This document shows positions 47,676-59,485 of a stretch of DNA of 64,000 nucleotides, piece after piece. The notes under the pieces are model-generated. The model worked only from the letters and a program-made list of their open reading frames with translations. It made no database searches and was not told where the DNA came from. The DNA lies in NCBI GenBank assembly GCA_025054775.1, contig JANWZA010000030.1, positions 25,623 through 89,622 of the forward strand. The letters are read 5' to 3'. The position numbers were made by a program, and so were the translations under genes. Each line of letters opens with the position of its first letter. Positions within the stretch are counted from its first letter, which is position 1. This DNA is from Microscillaceae bacterium. GTDB taxonomy: Bacteria; Bacteroidota; Bacteroidia; Cytophagales; Microscillaceae.

Positions 47676-49799
47676 TTAAGCCAAATGAGGTGCAATAACC
47701 AAAGAAACAATAGACATAAGTTTAATGAGAATATTCATAGAAGGTCCCGAAGTATCTTTGAACGGATCACCTACGGTATCCCCTATAACAGCGGCTTTGT
47801 GTGGGTCTGAACCTTTGTAATATACCACACCATTAATATCCACTCCTTTTTCAAAAGATTTTTTGGCATTATCCCAAGCTCCACCTGCATTAGATTGAAA
47901 CATAGCCATCAACACCCCAGAAACAGTTACACCTGCTAATACTCCTCCTAAAATTTCAGCAGAGGAGACACCATTAAATACACCTTTTAAGCCAAACCCT
48001 ACCAACAATGGCACTATAAGAGCAATAGCACCTGGGGCAATCATTTCACGAATAGCAGCCCGCGTGGAAATAGCTACACATTTTTCATATTCAGGTTCGG
48101 CAGTTCCTTCCATCAAACCCTTAATTTCTCTAAATTGGCGACGCACTTCCACTACCATCGCCATTGCAGCTCGCCCTACTGCCGACATTGCCAAAGAGGA
48201 GAAAATAAAAGGTATCATACCACCTATAAACAAGCCTGCCAACACAGGGGCTTTGTATAAATCAATTGTTTTGATACCTGCAATCCCTACAAATGCTGCA
48301 AATAAAGCCAACGAAGTAAGTGCAGCAGAGGCAATGGCAAACCCTTTTCCAATAGCAGCCGTAGTATTTCCTACGGCATCAAGGATATCCGTTCTTTCGC
48401 GTACTTCTTTGGGCAAGCCAGACATTTCGGCTATTCCACCTGCATTATCGGCAATAGGACCGAAAGCATCAATAGCTAATTGCATGGCTGTAGTTGCCAT
48501 CATACCCGCTGCTGCAATAGCAACACCATACAAACCCGCCATTATATACGAAGCAATAATACCACTTGCTAACACAATCATAGGTAAAGTAGTTGACTCC
48601 ATGCCTACTGCTAATCCTGCAATAATATTAGTAGCTCCTCCTGTAGAAGACTGACGCACAATAGCCTTCACAGGGCGTCTGCCCATGGAGCAGTAATATT
48701 CTGTAATAAGGGAAATTAATGTACCTACTACTAACCCAATTACAATAGAGACAAATACACCTGTTGAGGTAAACTCATAACCACGTAACACTAATTTGGG
48801 AGGCAAAAAATACATTACCGCAAAATAAGAGGCTAACGCAGTAAGAATAATTGAAAGCCAGTTTCCAATATTCAAAGCTGCTTGCACGTTCGTATTGCCT
48901 TCTTTGATACGTATAAAGAAAGTAGCTACGATGGAAAAAAACGTACCAATCCCTGCAATTAACATTGGCAACAAAATAGGTGAAAACCCATTCATACCGT
49001 CGCCTACAGCTTTGGTTTCTTGTCCAAGTACCATAGTTGCCAAAATAGTAGCTACATAAGAGCCAAATAAATCGGCCCCCATGCCTGCCACATCGCCCAC
49101 GTTATCGCCTACGTTATCAGCAATAGTAGCAGGGTTTCGTGGGTCATCTTCAGGGATACCTTTTTCTACTTTTCCTACCAAATCTGCCCCAACGTCTGCT
49201 GCTTTGGTGTAAATTCCACCACCTACGCGAGCAAACAAGGCTATACTCTCTGCTCCAAGTGAGAAGCCTGTAAGCACCTCTAAGGCAATAGCAATGTTCT
49301 TATGGTTAGCGTCTGCACCTTCAGGTAAAAACAATAAATATAATACAATGAAAATTGACCCTAAACCTAATACTGCCAAACCTGCTACTCCCATGCCCAT
49401 TACACTTCCTCCTGCAAAAGATATCTGCAAAGCCTTTGCAAGGCTGGTTTTTGCAGCTTGTGCGGTACGTACATTCGCTCTTGTAGCTATTCGCATACCA
49501 ATAAAACCTGCCAAAGCAGAGAAAACAGCTCCAATGACAAAAGAAATAACTATACTCCAATGCGAATTAGGGTTTCCATAGTTAAGCAAAAACAACAATA
49601 CAACCGCTATTACCACAAAACCTCCTAGTATTCTATATTCTGCATTCAAGAATGCCATAGCCCCGCGAGCAATATAGCTAGCAATATTTTGCATTTTCTC
49701 TTCACCTGCCTCCTGCTTTGATATCCAGTTAAATTTCCAATAAGTGTAAGCCAAAGCTATTAGCCCGAAAAGTGGCACAACATAAATTAAATTTTCCAT
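47676..49799 (-). CDS. hppA: membrane-bound ion-translocating pyrophosphatase (K+-dependent signature)
   Basis: 707 aa with about 16 TM helices. Motifs [42 protein letters not shown] and [11 protein letters not shown]. Confidence 0.95.
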   Translation of the reverse strand: MENLIYVVPLFGLIALAYTYWKFNWISKQEAGEEKMQNIASYIARGAMAFLNAEYRILGGFVVIAVVLLFLLNYGNPNSHWSIVISFVIGAVFSALAGFIGMRIATRANVRTAQAAKTSLAKALQISFAGGSVMGMGVAGLAVLGLGSIFIVLYLLFLPEGADANHKNIAIALEVLTGFSLGAESIALFARVGGGIYTKAADVGADLVGKVEKGIPEDDPRNPATIADNVGDNVGDVAGMGADLFGSYVATILATMVLGQETKAVGDGMNGFSPILLPMLIAGIGTFFSIVATFFIRIKEGNTNVQAALNIGNWLSIILTALASYFAVMYFLPPKLVLRGYEFTSTGVFVSIVIGLVVGTLISLITEYYCSMGRRPVKAIVRQSSTGGATNIIAGLAVGMESTTLPMIVLASGIIASYIMAGLYGVAIAAAGMMATTAMQLAIDAFGPIADNAGGIAEMSGLPKEVRERTDILDAVGNTTAAIGKGFAIASAALTSLALFAAFVGIAGIKTIDLYKAPVLAGLFIGGMIPFIFSSLAMSAVGRAAMAMVVEVRRQFREIKGLMEGTAEPEYEKCVAISTRAAIREMIAPGAIALIVPLLVGFGLKGVFNGVSSAEILGGVLAGVTVSGVLMAMFQSNAGGAWDNAKKSFEKGVDINGVVYYKGSDPHKAAVIGDTVGDPFKDTSGPSMNILIKLMSIVSLVIAPHLA

Positions 49800-49916
49800 C
49801 TGTTCTGATTGTTTTTTTGTTAAATGTTTAGTAAAAATTTGGTTAAACAGTCAAAGTGTTAATAATGATTTCTACTAATTTCTAATATCTCAACTTTTAC
49901 AAATCCAAAAACTTCG

Positions 49917-49924
49917 CAAAGATA
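49917..49924 (-). promoter_or_regulatory. putative -7 box (TATCTTTG) upstream of hppA
   Basis: Plus-strand CAAAGATA at 49917-49924 equals minus-strand TATCTTTG, about 117 nt upstream of the ATG. The nearest TTTG is only 15 nt upstream, which is sub-optimal spacing. Confidence 0.3.
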
Positions 49925-50030
49925 AATGAAGTTTAGGCACAAAAAAACTTATTGCACGTTTTTTTTCTAAAAATATTTCTCTTTATACTTTTTTTTTACT
50001 TGCTTTGAGTAAAGAATAGCGTTTTTAAAA

Positions 50031-50414
50031 ATGAGAAGACAACTTCGCAATAGTAGTAGTGTATTTTTACTCGGGCTGTTGTTAGTAATTTGGGTAGCTT
50101 GTCGTTCTACTTCTAACCACCAAGTATATAGTAGTGCTATTAACGTTAGAGTAGAAACTTTAGCCCTAGTAGATAAATCACTCCAGGCTAATTATAAAGA
50201 ACATCAACAAACTGCAGAGAATTTGCTGAAAGAATTAGAGAAATTCTACCTTTACGTAGCAAGTATTCCTAACAACCAAGAAAGCACCGAGCAGTGGAAA
50301 ACAGTAAGAGATAATTTTAAGGGATTTATACAACTTGGGGAAAAAAATCAACGGTTAGAGGCTACTTTTGCCCGCAATTATAGTGGTATTCTTTCGCAAT
50401 ATTTTAGAAGGTAA
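50031..50414 (+). CDS. hypothetical small lipoprotein
   Basis: 127 aa with signal plus lipobox-like LLLVIWVACRS. I recognise no family. Confidence 0.4.
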   Translation: MRRQLRNSSSVFLLGLLLVIWVACRSTSNHQVYSSAINVRVETLALVDKSLQANYKEHQQTAENLLKELEKFYLYVASIPNNQESTEQWKTVRDNFKGFIQLGEKNQRLEATFARNYSGILSQYFRR

Positions 50415-50455
50415 AAAAATGCGAAAAAATCGCTGAATCATTTTTTTTTATAGCT

Positions 50456-52360
50456 ATGTCAGAAACTAATATAATCGCTCTTTTAGCTTGGTTTTCACAC
50501 GGATTAGCTTTCGGAGTTATTCAATTTTTTTTGAATAAAAAAAGTACTCTTTCGCATCAAATAGCTCTCACTAGTAGCTTTGTTAGTCTAGTTTGTTGGG
50601 GCTTTGTAGCATATTCTACACAATGGCATTGGATTGTCAAAGTTAGTTTGCCCATTAATCCGCTTATAGCTTCTTTTAGCCTAAATTTAGACACCACAAC
50701 ACAAGTTATGTGTTTGTTGGTAGTTTTTATTACTATTTTGGTGCAAGTATTTTCCATAGCATATATGCACCACGAGGTAAATTATAATCGCTATTTTGCC
50801 TATCTTAGCTTATTTGCCTTTGCTATGATAGGACTTTTACTTACTAATCATTTAGCAATTATTTACATTTTTTGGGAATTAGTAGGAGTATGCTCCTTTT
50901 TGTTGATTAGTTTTTGGCACATCACAGAAGAGGCAAGCCGAGCAAGCAAAAAGGCTTTCTTGTTTAATAGAATCGGCGATATAGGTTTTTTGATTGGTAT
51001 TTTGATACTATACGCCCACACGCAAAGTTTTTTGCTGGAGAGTTTACCTTTGCTGCCTAGTGAATGGAAATTTTGGGTGGGATTAGCCATACTTTGCGGG
51101 GCCTTGGGCAAGTCGGCACAGTTTCCTTTGCACGTATGGTTGCCTGATGCCATGGCAGGTCCTACACCTGTTTCGGCACTTATTCATGCTGCAACTATGG
51201 TAGCGGCAGGTGTGTACTTGTTGTACCGTTCCTTCGCAGTTTTCGGTCCAGAGGTGCTAATTATTATTGCTTTTATAGGAGGAATTACTGCTTTTTTAGG
51301 GTCATTTTCTGCTCTTTTTCAGTATAATATCAAAAAAGTTTTAGCATATTCTACTATTTCGCAGTTGGGCTACATGGTCGCAGGCATAGGTTTGCAAAAT
51401 CCTCAAATAGGTATGCAACACCTTTGGAGTCATGCTTTTTTCAAAGCGGGTTTGTTTTTAGCAGCGGGTACAGTAATTCATTACTTGCATGAATGGAGCA
51501 GACAATATGAGCATTTTGACTACCAAGATATGCGAAATATGGGCGGATTAAACAAAATTTTTCCTTATTTATCTATTGCTTTTTTGGTACAAGCAATGGC
51601 ATTGGTAGGTATACCCTTTACGATAGGTTATGCAAGTAAAGAAGGTATTTTGGAAACAAGTTTACAAAGTAATTTGCTCAAAATCAATTCATTTGCCTAT
51701 CTTGTGCCGTTATTTTTATTTTTGAGCATACCTCTCACTGCTTTTTATGCTACAAGGCAATGGTTATGGATTTTCGCAGGTGATAGTAGATTTTCGCAAA
51801 AAATACAAAATGATTTTACAAAAAATCAAGAAAATAAAATTATTGAGCCAAAATATTTTAGGCTTTTGCTTATACCTGTGGTTTTATTGGCTTTGTGTTC
51901 TGTAGATTGGCAGTTTTGGGAAATACGCTTTTCTTGGGTGTCGCTTGTAGCCATATTGCTCACTTCGGTAGGAACAGGTGCTGCTTGGTTCAATTACCAA
52001 CAAAAGAAATTTCATTTTGAAGAGCATACATTTGTCAAACTTTCGCAAAAAGCTTTTTTTATTGATAATTTTTATACTTGGTTATGGCAAAAAATTATTC
52101 AGAATAAAGTAATTTTCCTTACTTTTTTTGACAAAAAATTAGATAATTTTGGTGTAAATTTCATGCGGGTAGGATTGGTATTAGGACACTTAATAGCATG
52201 GTTTGACCGTTTTTTTGTTGATGGTTTAGTAAAAATACTTTATCATTTTGCAGCAATTTTGGGCAAACAAACACAAAAAGTACAACAAGGTATTATTCAA
52301 AACTACGTGGCATGGTCAGTTCTATTTATTTTGTTGTTATTATATTTTTGGTTATTCTAA
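50456..52360 (+). CDS. nuoL: NuoL-like proton-conducting antiporter-type subunit (NADH dehydrogenase subunit L/5 family), stand-alone
   Basis: 634 aa. Motifs WELVGVCSFLLISFW (TM5 Glu), GALGKSAQFPLHVWLPDAMAGPTPVSALIHAATMV, and a C-terminal lateral-helix-like region (FFIDNFY...FDRFFVDGLVK) plus a final TM. No other nuo genes are in the window. Confidence 0.8.
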   Translation: MSETNIIALLAWFSHGLAFGVIQFFLNKKSTLSHQIALTSSFVSLVCWGFVAYSTQWHWIVKVSLPINPLIASFSLNLDTTTQVMCLLVVFITILVQVFSIAYMHHEVNYNRYFAYLSLFAFAMIGLLLTNHLAIIYIFWELVGVCSFLLISFWHITEEASRASKKAFLFNRIGDIGFLIGILILYAHTQSFLLESLPLLPSEWKFWVGLAILCGALGKSAQFPLHVWLPDAMAGPTPVSALIHAATMVAAGVYLLYRSFAVFGPEVLIIIAFIGGITAFLGSFSALFQYNIKKVLAYSTISQLGYMVAGIGLQNPQIGMQHLWSHAFFKAGLFLAAGTVIHYLHEWSRQYEHFDYQDMRNMGGLNKIFPYLSIAFLVQAMALVGIPFTIGYASKEGILETSLQSNLLKINSFAYLVPLFLFLSIPLTAFYATRQWLWIFAGDSRFSQKIQNDFTKNQENKIIEPKYFRLLLIPVVLLALCSVDWQFWEIRFSWVSLVAILLTSVGTGAAWFNYQQKKFHFEEHTFVKLSQKAFFIDNFYTWLWQKIIQNKVIFLTFFDKKLDNFGVNFMRVGLVLGHLIAWFDRFFVDGLVKILYHFAAILGKQTQKVQQGIIQNYVAWSVLFILLLLYFWLF

Positions 52361-52376
52361 AAAAATCTTAACTTTG
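52347..52376 (+). promoter_or_regulatory. putative promoter of tatA
   Basis: TTTG (52347-52350) - N18 - TAACTTTG (52369-52376), 48 nt upstream of the tatA ATG. It overlaps the end of the NuoL-like gene. Confidence 0.5.
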
Positions 52377-52424
52377 CAAATTAAGATTACTTTATTTTGT
52401 ACTTTATTCTTATCATAAAAAAAT

Positions 52425-52661
52425 ATGCAACTAGGCACAATCCCTTTATTTATAGGTGGCTTGGGAACTACAGAAGTGCTTTTTATCTTTTTAGTAATTC
52501 TCTTGCTTTTTGGAGCCAAGCGTATTCCTGAACTAGCACGTAGTTTTGGACGTGGCATTCGCGAATTCAAAGAAGCAACTCGCGAAGTAAAAGAGCAAAT
52601 AGAAATAGAAAGTAAAACTATAGAAAAAGAAACCGAAGAGGTAAAAAAAGCTTTGAAGTAA
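52425..52661 (+). CDS. tatA: twin-arginine translocase TatA/TatE-family subunit
   Basis: 78 aa. LGTTEVLFIFLVILLLFGAKRIPELARSFGRGIREFK is the canonical TatA TM helix plus amphipathic helix. Confidence 0.9.
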   Translation: MQLGTIPLFIGGLGTTEVLFIFLVILLLFGAKRIPELARSFGRGIREFKEATREVKEQIEIESKTIEKETEEVKKALK

Positions 52662-52719
52662 AGGCGTAAAAGCACGGCCCTAAAAAACTTGGAAAAAAAT
52701 ATGACATGATTTAACAAAC

Positions 52720-53301
52720 ATGACTATTACCATCAGCCTAACCTACTTAATAGCCTGGGGTAGTTCTATTTTCTTGCTTTTTCTTTTGCTATTAGTTCAA
52801 AACATAAGACTTAAAGCGAAAATCAGGCAAACCGAGGTAGCTTTAGAACAGCAGAAGAATCGTGAATTACAAAAATTACACCAACACTACGCTAAACAAG
52901 CCAAAGAACTAGACTTGGAAATACGAGCAAGGGATAGGAAATTACAAATTTTGAGAGAGGAATTAGAAAAATGGCAATTAGCTCATGAAGAGATAGAGCG
53001 AGCTCTAGAATTAGAAAAAGCCCATGCCAAAGAAGTAGAACAAAATTACAAGGTTGCTAATCAAACCTTGCAAGAGCAATTAGCTCAAGCTAATGAGGTT
53101 TTGCAACAAACTGCTCAACAATACGAGCGAGCATGGGCAGAAGCTCAGCGCAAAATACAAACCTTAGATACCGAAAACAAACTACAAAATGCTGAAATAG
53201 CTCGCATTAAAGTCTCTATGGCAGAGTTAGAAGCCCAAAATGCTAAATTATTAGCTACTTTGAAAGAGCAAGAAAAGCGAATTTCAACCAAAGTAAATTA
53301 A
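52720..53301 (+). CDS. membrane-anchored coiled-coil protein, hypothetical
   Basis: 193 aa with an N-terminal TM helix followed by Q/E/A/L-rich heptad-like sequence to the C-terminus. Confidence 0.45.
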   Translation: MTITISLTYLIAWGSSIFLLFLLLLVQNIRLKAKIRQTEVALEQQKNRELQKLHQHYAKQAKELDLEIRARDRKLQILREELEKWQLAHEEIERALELEKAHAKEVEQNYKVANQTLQEQLAQANEVLQQTAQQYERAWAEAQRKIQTLDTENKLQNAEIARIKVSMAELEAQNAKLLATLKEQEKRISTKVN

Positions 53302-53304
53302 TAA

Positions 53305-53601
53305 ATGGTATTCAATATCATAACATACTGCATTACTCTTGTAATTTGCTTTGGGGCTTATTACTATTTTAAGCAACGAAAACCCTATCTTTATCATCTT
53401 TTTTGGGCTTTACTCCCTACTTTTTTGTTAATAGGTATTCTACAAGACTATTTTTATTCTCATGAGGGCTATAGTCTTTGGCAACGTTCCTTTCGGTTAT
53501 GGGCAGGGCTGCCTGTGGTTTTATTACATATAGGAATTTTCCATGTTATATACTTTTTGATTCAAAAGATAATGAAAAAAGATAATGAAACGATTTACTA
53601 A
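53305..53601 (+). CDS. small integral membrane protein, hypothetical
   Basis: 98 aa with three predicted hydrophobic helices. It starts 3 nt after the previous ORF. Confidence 0.4.
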   Translation: MVFNIITYCITLVICFGAYYYFKQRKPYLYHLFWALLPTFLLIGILQDYFYSHEGYSLWQRSFRLWAGLPVVLLHIGIFHVIYFLIQKIMKKDNETIY

Positions 53602-53637
53602 TGCTTACAATTTTTCAAGTCATAATAAAGGGAATTT

Positions 53638-55026
53638 TCACTTTCCAATGCAAAATTTGGAAAAAATAAAATCTAACAAATCCTCGTGAGAAACTTCACC
53701 GATGATAGTTCCTAAATGAAAAATAGCTTCGCGCATATCAGCGGCAAGCATTTCAGTAGAAAGCCCTACCTGCATACCTTGGGCTACTTGTTGCAGAGCT
53801 ATAAGTGTTTTTTGTAGGCTTTCATAGTGCCGAAGGTTTGTAACAACAATTTGGTCAGGTGATAGTTTATCTGCCTGAACAATTTGCAATAATCGTTGCT
53901 CTAACTGCTCCAAATTGATTTGTGCCTGTGCTGAAATAAAAATTACATTTTCAAAACGTTGATACTGTTGCAAATGACCAGGCTCAACGGTATCAATCTT
54001 GTTAGCAACTAACAAGTAAGGTACTTGGTAGCTTTGAATTTCAGGTAATAGTTGGGCTAATTCTTCTGGGCTAACTTTTTGAATATCAAAGATATAGAGT
54101 AAAATAGCAGCTTGGCGTATTTTTTGTTGAGTACGTTCAATTCCTATTCTTTCAATTACATCGGTGGTGGTCCGTAGTCCTGCTGTATCAATAAAACGGA
54201 AGCAAATTCCTTGTATAATTCTCTCATCTTCAATAGCATCGCGGGTAGTACCTTCTATTTCTGAAACGATAGCTTTCTCTTCTTGCAAAAGAGCATTGAG
54301 CAAAGTAGATTTACCTGCATTAGGTTTGCCGATGATTGCCACGGGTACCCCATTTTTTAGTACATTGCCTAAACGATAGGATTGTAGTAAATTCTTTACA
54401 AACTGCTCAATATCAGTGAGTTGCTGTTTAAGTTCTTGTCTATTAGCAAACTCTACATCTTCTTCTGAAAAATCTAATTCTAATTCCATGAGAGCGGCAA
54501 AGTGGATAAGTCGCTCTCTTAATGCTTTGATTTTTTGTGAATAGCCTCCTCGCATTTGTTGTATAGCCAAGCGGTGAGCGACTTCAGAGTCTGCCTGAAT
54601 GAGGTCAGCAATTGCTTCGGCTTGGGCGAGGTCAAATTGTCCGTTTAGGTAAGCTCGTTGTGTAAATTCACCTGCCAAGGCATATCGGCAACCTTTCGCT
54701 AAAAGGAGTTGAATAATTTGTGAAATAATATAATTTGAGCCATGGCAGCTAATTTCTACCAAATTTTCTTTGGTAAAAGAGGTAGGTTCTTTGAAAATAG
54801 TTACGATAACCTCATCAATAACTTCGTTTTTTTCATTACGAATTGTTCCGAAATGACAAGTATGCGACGGCTGTTCAGTTAAATTTTTTTTACTGAAAAT
54901 ACTTTGACAAATTTGAATAGCGTCTTTGCCTGATATGCGAATAACTGCAATAGCACTTTTACCATTAGGCGTAGCGAGTGCCACAATGGTATCATCTTTT
55001 TGGCTTAAAGTGCGTAGAGTTTGCAC
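53638..55026 (-). CDS. mnmE: tRNA modification GTPase MnmE (TrmE)
   Basis: 462 aa with a GTG start. G1 GKPNAGKST, DTAG, NKID, and the hallmark C-terminal CIGK. Confidence 0.95.
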   Translation of the reverse strand: MQTLRTLSQKDDTIVALATPNGKSAIAVIRISGKDAIQICQSIFSKKNLTEQPSHTCHFGTIRNEKNEVIDEVIVTIFKEPTSFTKENLVEISCHGSNYIISQIIQLLLAKGCRYALAGEFTQRAYLNGQFDLAQAEAIADLIQADSEVAHRLAIQQMRGGYSQKIKALRERLIHFAALMELELDFSEEDVEFANRQELKQQLTDIEQFVKNLLQSYRLGNVLKNGVPVAIIGKPNAGKSTLLNALLQEEKAIVSEIEGTTRDAIEDERIIQGICFRFIDTAGLRTTTDVIERIGIERTQQKIRQAAILLYIFDIQKVSPEELAQLLPEIQSYQVPYLLVANKIDTVEPGHLQQYQRFENVIFISAQAQINLEQLEQRLLQIVQADKLSPDQIVVTNLRHYESLQKTLIALQQVAQGMQVGLSTEMLAADMREAIFHLGTIIGEVSHEDLLDFIFSKFCIGK

Positions 55027-55078
55027 AACTTATTAGTAACTTTGAGATTATAGTTATTTGATTTTCAAAATTTTACGT

Positions 55079-55111
55079 CAAAAAAAGCATTGGCATTCTC
55101 TGCCAATGCTT
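55079..55111 (-). terminator. Rho-independent terminator after rpoC
   Basis: Perfect 11-bp arms AAGCATTGGCA / TGCCAATGCTT with a 5-nt loop. On the minus strand it is followed by a T7 run. Confidence 0.7.
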
Positions 55112-55138
55112 GAATTGCATAGATAGCCTAAATAAGTA

Positions 55139-58100
55139 CTACGTTTGAACCTCTTTTTTACGTCCTTTTTTAGAAGTTTCTTGAACTTCCTCTTCCTCTT
55201 GTGAGGTAACCACAAGTTTCTCGTACTCACGTAATCCTGTACCTGCGGGAATAAGATGCCCTACGATTACGTTCTCTTTCAAGCCGATGAGGTAATCTGT
55301 TTTGCCGTTGATGGCGGCTTCACTCAAAACTTTGGTAGTTTCTTGGAATGAAGCGGCAGAGATAAAGCTATCTGTACCTAATGAGGCTTGAGTAATTCCC
55401 TGCAGGGTAGGCTTTGATACGGCAGGCTCTGCATCGCGTACTTTCATTTGCCGCAAGTCCTTACGTTTTAAGGCTGAATTTTCATCTCGTAGTTGTCGTG
55501 CTGTAATAATAGAACCAGGTTTGTAGAGCGTTGAGTCTCCTGCATCAACTACCACTTTTTTGTTTAAGATGCTATCATTTTCATTACGGAAGACAAATTT
55601 ATCTACTATCTGACCGGGTAAGAAGCTAGTATCGCCTGCCTCAATGACCTCTACTTTTTGCATCATTTGCCGTACAATTACTTCAATGTGTTTATCATTG
55701 ATTTTTACACCTTGCAAACGGTACACTTCTTGTATTTCGTTTACCAAATATTCCTGTACGGCAGTAGGTCCTTTGATATCCAAAATATCTGAAGGAGTAA
55801 TAGCGCCATCGGAGAGGGGTTGTCCTGCCCTTACAAAGTCGCCTTCGTGTACTAAAATGTGCTTACTCAAAGGTACCATGTATTTCTCTTCTCTTCCGTC
55901 TTTTGAAGTTACAATTACCTCTTTACTACCACGTTTCACGGAGCCAAACTTTACTTCGCCGTCAATACGTGAAACGACAGCGGGGTTAGAGGGATTACGT
56001 GCTTCAAATAATTCAGTTACACGAGGTAGACCACCTGTAATATCGCGGGTTTGCCTAGCTTGTCTTGGAATTTTGACTAAAATTTGTCCTGCTTTAATGG
56101 TTTGTTTTTCTTTTACTGCCAATATTGCCCCTACGGGTAGATTAAATACACGACGCTCGCCATTCTCACCATTCACGATAATTGCAGGGTTTTTGGATTT
56201 ATCTTTGGTATCAATGATAGTACGTTCAATCAATCCTGTCTGTTCGTCGCTCTCCTCTTTATAGGTAACTCCTTCTTCCATGGACTCAAATTCAATGATT
56301 CCATCTAAATCAGTAAGAATAACCGCATTAAAAGCGTCCCAGTGGCAAATTTCTTGTCCTTTTTCAATTCTATCACCTTCTTTTACAGAGAGGAAAGCTC
56401 CATAAGGGATTTGATAACTAATTAGCACTTTGCCATCATCTTGTAGTATACGCACTTCACCAGTGCGTCCCATTACGACTGTAACTTCTTCTTGATTTGC
56501 ATTGATAGTTTTTACAGGGCGTATCATGTCAAATTGCACTATACCTGCGAATTTAGATTTAATGGTAGACTCAACTGCCATACTTTGCGCTGCGCCACCA
56601 GTGTGGAAAGTTCTCAGGGTAAGCTGAGTACCTGGCTCACCGATGGATTGTGCAGCAATGACTCCTACGGCTTCTCCTTTTTGTACCATCCGGTTAGTAG
56701 CTAAATTTCTTCCATAACATTTAGCACAAACTCCTTGGCGAGTTTCGCAAGTAAGTACAGAGCGAATTTCCACTTCTTCTATGCTTGTTTCCTCTATGCG
56801 TGCTGCAATTTCTTCGGTAATCTCATTACCTGCTTCTACGATAAGTTCATTAGTAAGTGGATCGTACAAATCGTGGAGAGAAACACGCCCTAAAATACGT
56901 TCTGAGAGTGGCTCTACAATATCTTGCTCGTCTTTTAGAGCTTCAATCTTAATACCACGTAAAGTACCGCAGTCATCTTCTGTAATTATTACATCTTGGG
57001 CTACATCTACTAAACGACGAGTGAGGTAGCCTGCATCAGCAGTTTTGAGTGCGGTATCTGCTAAACCTTTTCTTGCGCCGTGTGTGGAAATAAAGTACTC
57101 TAATACGTCTAATCCTTCTTTGAAATTAGAGAGGATAGGGTTTTCCACGATTTCACCAACTGAGCCTTGTAAATTTTTTTGTGGCTTCTGCATAAGCCCG
57201 CGCATACCTCCTAATTGACTGATTTGAGTACGTGAACCGCGTGCTCCTGAGTCCATCATCATATAGATAGGATTGAACCCTTGTTGGTCAGCACTCAATT
57301 CTTTCATGAGTGTATCAGCCAAGGTGTGGCTGGTTCGTGTCCAAATATCAATAATTTGGTTGTAGCGTTCGTTTTCAGTAAGCACGCCCATTTCATAGTT
57401 CGTAGTTATTTCAGCCACTTGCTCGTTAGCGTCTTTAATGAGTTTGGCTTTCTCTTTCGGCACGATAATATCACCTAATCCAATAGAAAGTCCTCCTTTG
57501 AAAGCCATACGGAAGCCCAAATCTTTTATATCGTCAAGAAACTTAGCAGTGCGTATAGTACCTACGGTCTTGTACACTTTTGCAATAATTTGTTGTAGTT
57601 TTTTCTTTGTAAGCAGCTCATCAATAAAGCCTACCTCTTCGGGGACTACTTGGTTAAATATTACTCTGCCTGCTACAGTTTCTAACATGGTCTCTTCCAG
57701 TTCTCCTGTTTTAGGATTTTTTACTTTTACTTTTACCTTAATAAAAGCGTTCTTCGAGAGTTTACCTTCGTTAATAGCAATAATTACCTCTTCGGGTCCG
57801 TAAAACCTCAACCCTTCTCCCAATTCTTTGTGCGTTTCTGTGCTTCTGCGTCCTTTAGTCAAGTAGTACAAACCCAGTACCATATCCTGTGAAGGGACGG
57901 TGATAGGAGCACCATTAGCTGGGTTTAAGATATTATGAGAAGAGAGCATGAGGATAGAGGCTTCTGCAATAGCATCTTGTCCAAGAGGTACATGTACAGC
58001 CATTTGGTCTCCATCAAAGTCTGCATTAAACGCGGTACAAACTAAGGGATGTAACTGAATGGCCTTGCCCTCAATTAGTTTAGGCTGGAAGGCTTGTATA

Positions 58101-59485
58101 CCCAATCGATGCAATGTTGGAGCGCGGTTTAATAGCACGGGATGCCCTTTCAAAATATTCTCTAGAATATCCCATACTACTGCCTCTTTTTTATCTACTA
58201 TTTTTTTTGCTGATTTTACGGTTTTGACGATTCCTCGTTCAATTAGTTTACGAATAATAAATGGTTTGAATAATTCTGCTGCCATATCTTTAGGTAAGCC
58301 GCATTCGTGTAGTTTGAGCTCGGGACCTACCACAATTACTGAACGCCCTGAATAATCTACACGCTTACCTAAGAGGTTTTGTCGGAAGCGTCCTTGCTTT
58401 CCTTTAAGCATATCGGAGAGCGATTTAAGAGCACGGTTGCCATCTGAACGTACTGCATTAGCCTTGCGCGAGTTATCGAAAAGCGAGTCTACTGCTTCTT
58501 GTAACATACGCTTTTCATTGCGTAAAATGACTTCGGGAGCTTTGATTTCAATGAGTTTTTTTAGGCGATTATTACGAATAATTACTCTTCGGTACAAATC
58601 ATTTAAGTCAGAGGTAGCGAAACGTCCACCATCTAAGGGTACTAATGGACGTAACTCAGGAGGAATAACAGGTACTTTGCGAATAATCATCCATTCGGGC
58701 TTATTGAAATCCACTAGTTTCTTTTCATTTGTTTTTTCATCTATTACTTCACGTTTAGCGGATTCTCTGAAAGCCTCAACTACTCTCAACCTCTTTAATG
58801 ACTCTGCCTTTCTTTGTTGAGATTTATCATTATAGGCGGAGTGCCTTAGGTCTGCTGCAAGTTCATCTAAGTTAAGGCGTGAGAGCATCATTTCTAAGGC
58901 TTCGGCCCCCATTTTCGCTATAAACTTGTTAGGATCGGTATCTTCTAAAAATTGATTTTCACGTGGTAATTTATCTAAGAGATCAAGATACTCGTCTTCG
59001 GTAAGCAAGTCGTCTTTATTTACTCCTTGCTCACTTAATATACCCGGCTGTATAACTATATATCGTTCATAATAAATAATTTGGTCTAATTTTTTGGTAG
59101 GCAAGCCTAAAAGATAGCCAATTTTATTAGGCAGTGTTCTAAAATACCAGATATGCGCTACGGGTACCACTAATTCTATGTGCCCCATGCGTTCACGTCT
59201 TACCTTTTTTTCAGTAACCAAAACACCACATCTATCACATACTGTACCTTTATATCGGATTCGTTTATATTTTCCACAATGGCATTCCCAGTCTTTTACG
59301 GGTCCGAATATCTTTTCGCAAAACAAACCTCCCATTTCAGGTTTATATGTGCGATAGTTGATGGTTTCGGGTTGCGTTACTTCCCCTTCAGAAGAGGCTA
59401 AAATAGAAGCGGGGGAAGCTAAACTAATGGTAACCTGACGAAAATTTGTGTTAATTTTTTTATTCTTGGTCTTGTTTAACGTCAT
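55139..59485 (-). CDS. rpoC: DNA-directed RNA polymerase subunit beta'
   Basis: 1448 aa with the zinc-finger CHCGKY..C..CGV, the catalytic [12 protein letters not shown], and bridge-helix and trigger-loop regions. Confidence 0.98.
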   Translation of the reverse strand: MTLNKTKNKKINTNFRQVTISLASPASILASSEGEVTQPETINYRTYKPEMGGLFCEKIFGPVKDWECHCGKYKRIRYKGTVCDRCGVLVTEKKVRRERMGHIELVVPVAHIWYFRTLPNKIGYLLGLPTKKLDQIIYYERYIVIQPGILSEQGVNKDDLLTEDEYLDLLDKLPRENQFLEDTDPNKFIAKMGAEALEMMLSRLNLDELAADLRHSAYNDKSQQRKAESLKRLRVVEAFRESAKREVIDEKTNEKKLVDFNKPEWMIIRKVPVIPPELRPLVPLDGGRFATSDLNDLYRRVIIRNNRLKKLIEIKAPEVILRNEKRMLQEAVDSLFDNSRKANAVRSDGNRALKSLSDMLKGKQGRFRQNLLGKRVDYSGRSVIVVGPELKLHECGLPKDMAAELFKPFIIRKLIERGIVKTVKSAKKIVDKKEAVVWDILENILKGHPVLLNRAPTLHRLGIQAFQPKLIEGKAIQLHPLVCTAFNADFDGDQMAVHVPLGQDAIAEASILMLSSHNILNPANGAPITVPSQDMVLGLYYLTKGRRSTETHKELGEGLRFYGPEEVIIAINEGKLSKNAFIKVKVKVKNPKTGELEETMLETVAGRVIFNQVVPEEVGFIDELLTKKKLQQIIAKVYKTVGTIRTAKFLDDIKDLGFRMAFKGGLSIGLGDIIVPKEKAKLIKDANEQVAEITTNYEMGVLTENERYNQIIDIWTRTSHTLADTLMKELSADQQGFNPIYMMMDSGARGSRTQISQLGGMRGLMQKPQKNLQGSVGEIVENPILSNFKEGLDVLEYFISTHGARKGLADTALKTADAGYLTRRLVDVAQDVIITEDDCGTLRGIKIEALKDEQDIVEPLSERILGRVSLHDLYDPLTNELIVEAGNEITEEIAARIEETSIEEVEIRSVLTCETRQGVCAKCYGRNLATNRMVQKGEAVGVIAAQSIGEPGTQLTLRTFHTGGAAQSMAVESTIKSKFAGIVQFDMIRPVKTINANQEEVTVVMGRTGEVRILQDDGKVLISYQIPYGAFLSVKEGDRIEKGQEICHWDAFNAVILTDLDGIIEFESMEEGVTYKEESDEQTGLIERTIIDTKDKSKNPAIIVNGENGERRVFNLPVGAILAVKEKQTIKAGQILVKIPRQARQTRDITGGLPRVTELFEARNPSNPAVVSRIDGEVKFGSVKRGSKEVIVTSKDGREEKYMVPLSKHILVHEGDFVRAGQPLSDGAITPSDILDIKGPTAVQEYLVNEIQEVYRLQGVKINDKHIEVIVRQMMQKVEVIEAGDTSFLPGQIVDKFVFRNENDSILNKKVVVDAGDSTLYKPGSIITARQLRDENSALKRKDLRQMKVRDAEPAVSKPTLQGITQASLGTDSFISAASFQETTKVLSEAAINGKTDYLIGLKENVIVGHLIPAGTGLREYEKLVVTSQEEEEVQETSKKGRKKEVQT

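Noticed and set aside
52352-52717. Minus-strand 121-aa ORF overlapping tatA
   Set aside because: It is entirely antisense to a canonical tatA, with no independent support.
55644-56264. Long alternative-frame or antisense ORFs inside rpoC, rpoB, hppA, lon, rpsB and the OmpA-family genes (e.g. 55644-56264, 48064-48654, 44318-44842, 31627-32010, 29061-29390)
   Set aside because: All are nested in strongly supported conserved genes. Their Ser/Pro/Ile-rich compositions are characteristic of shadow ORFs.
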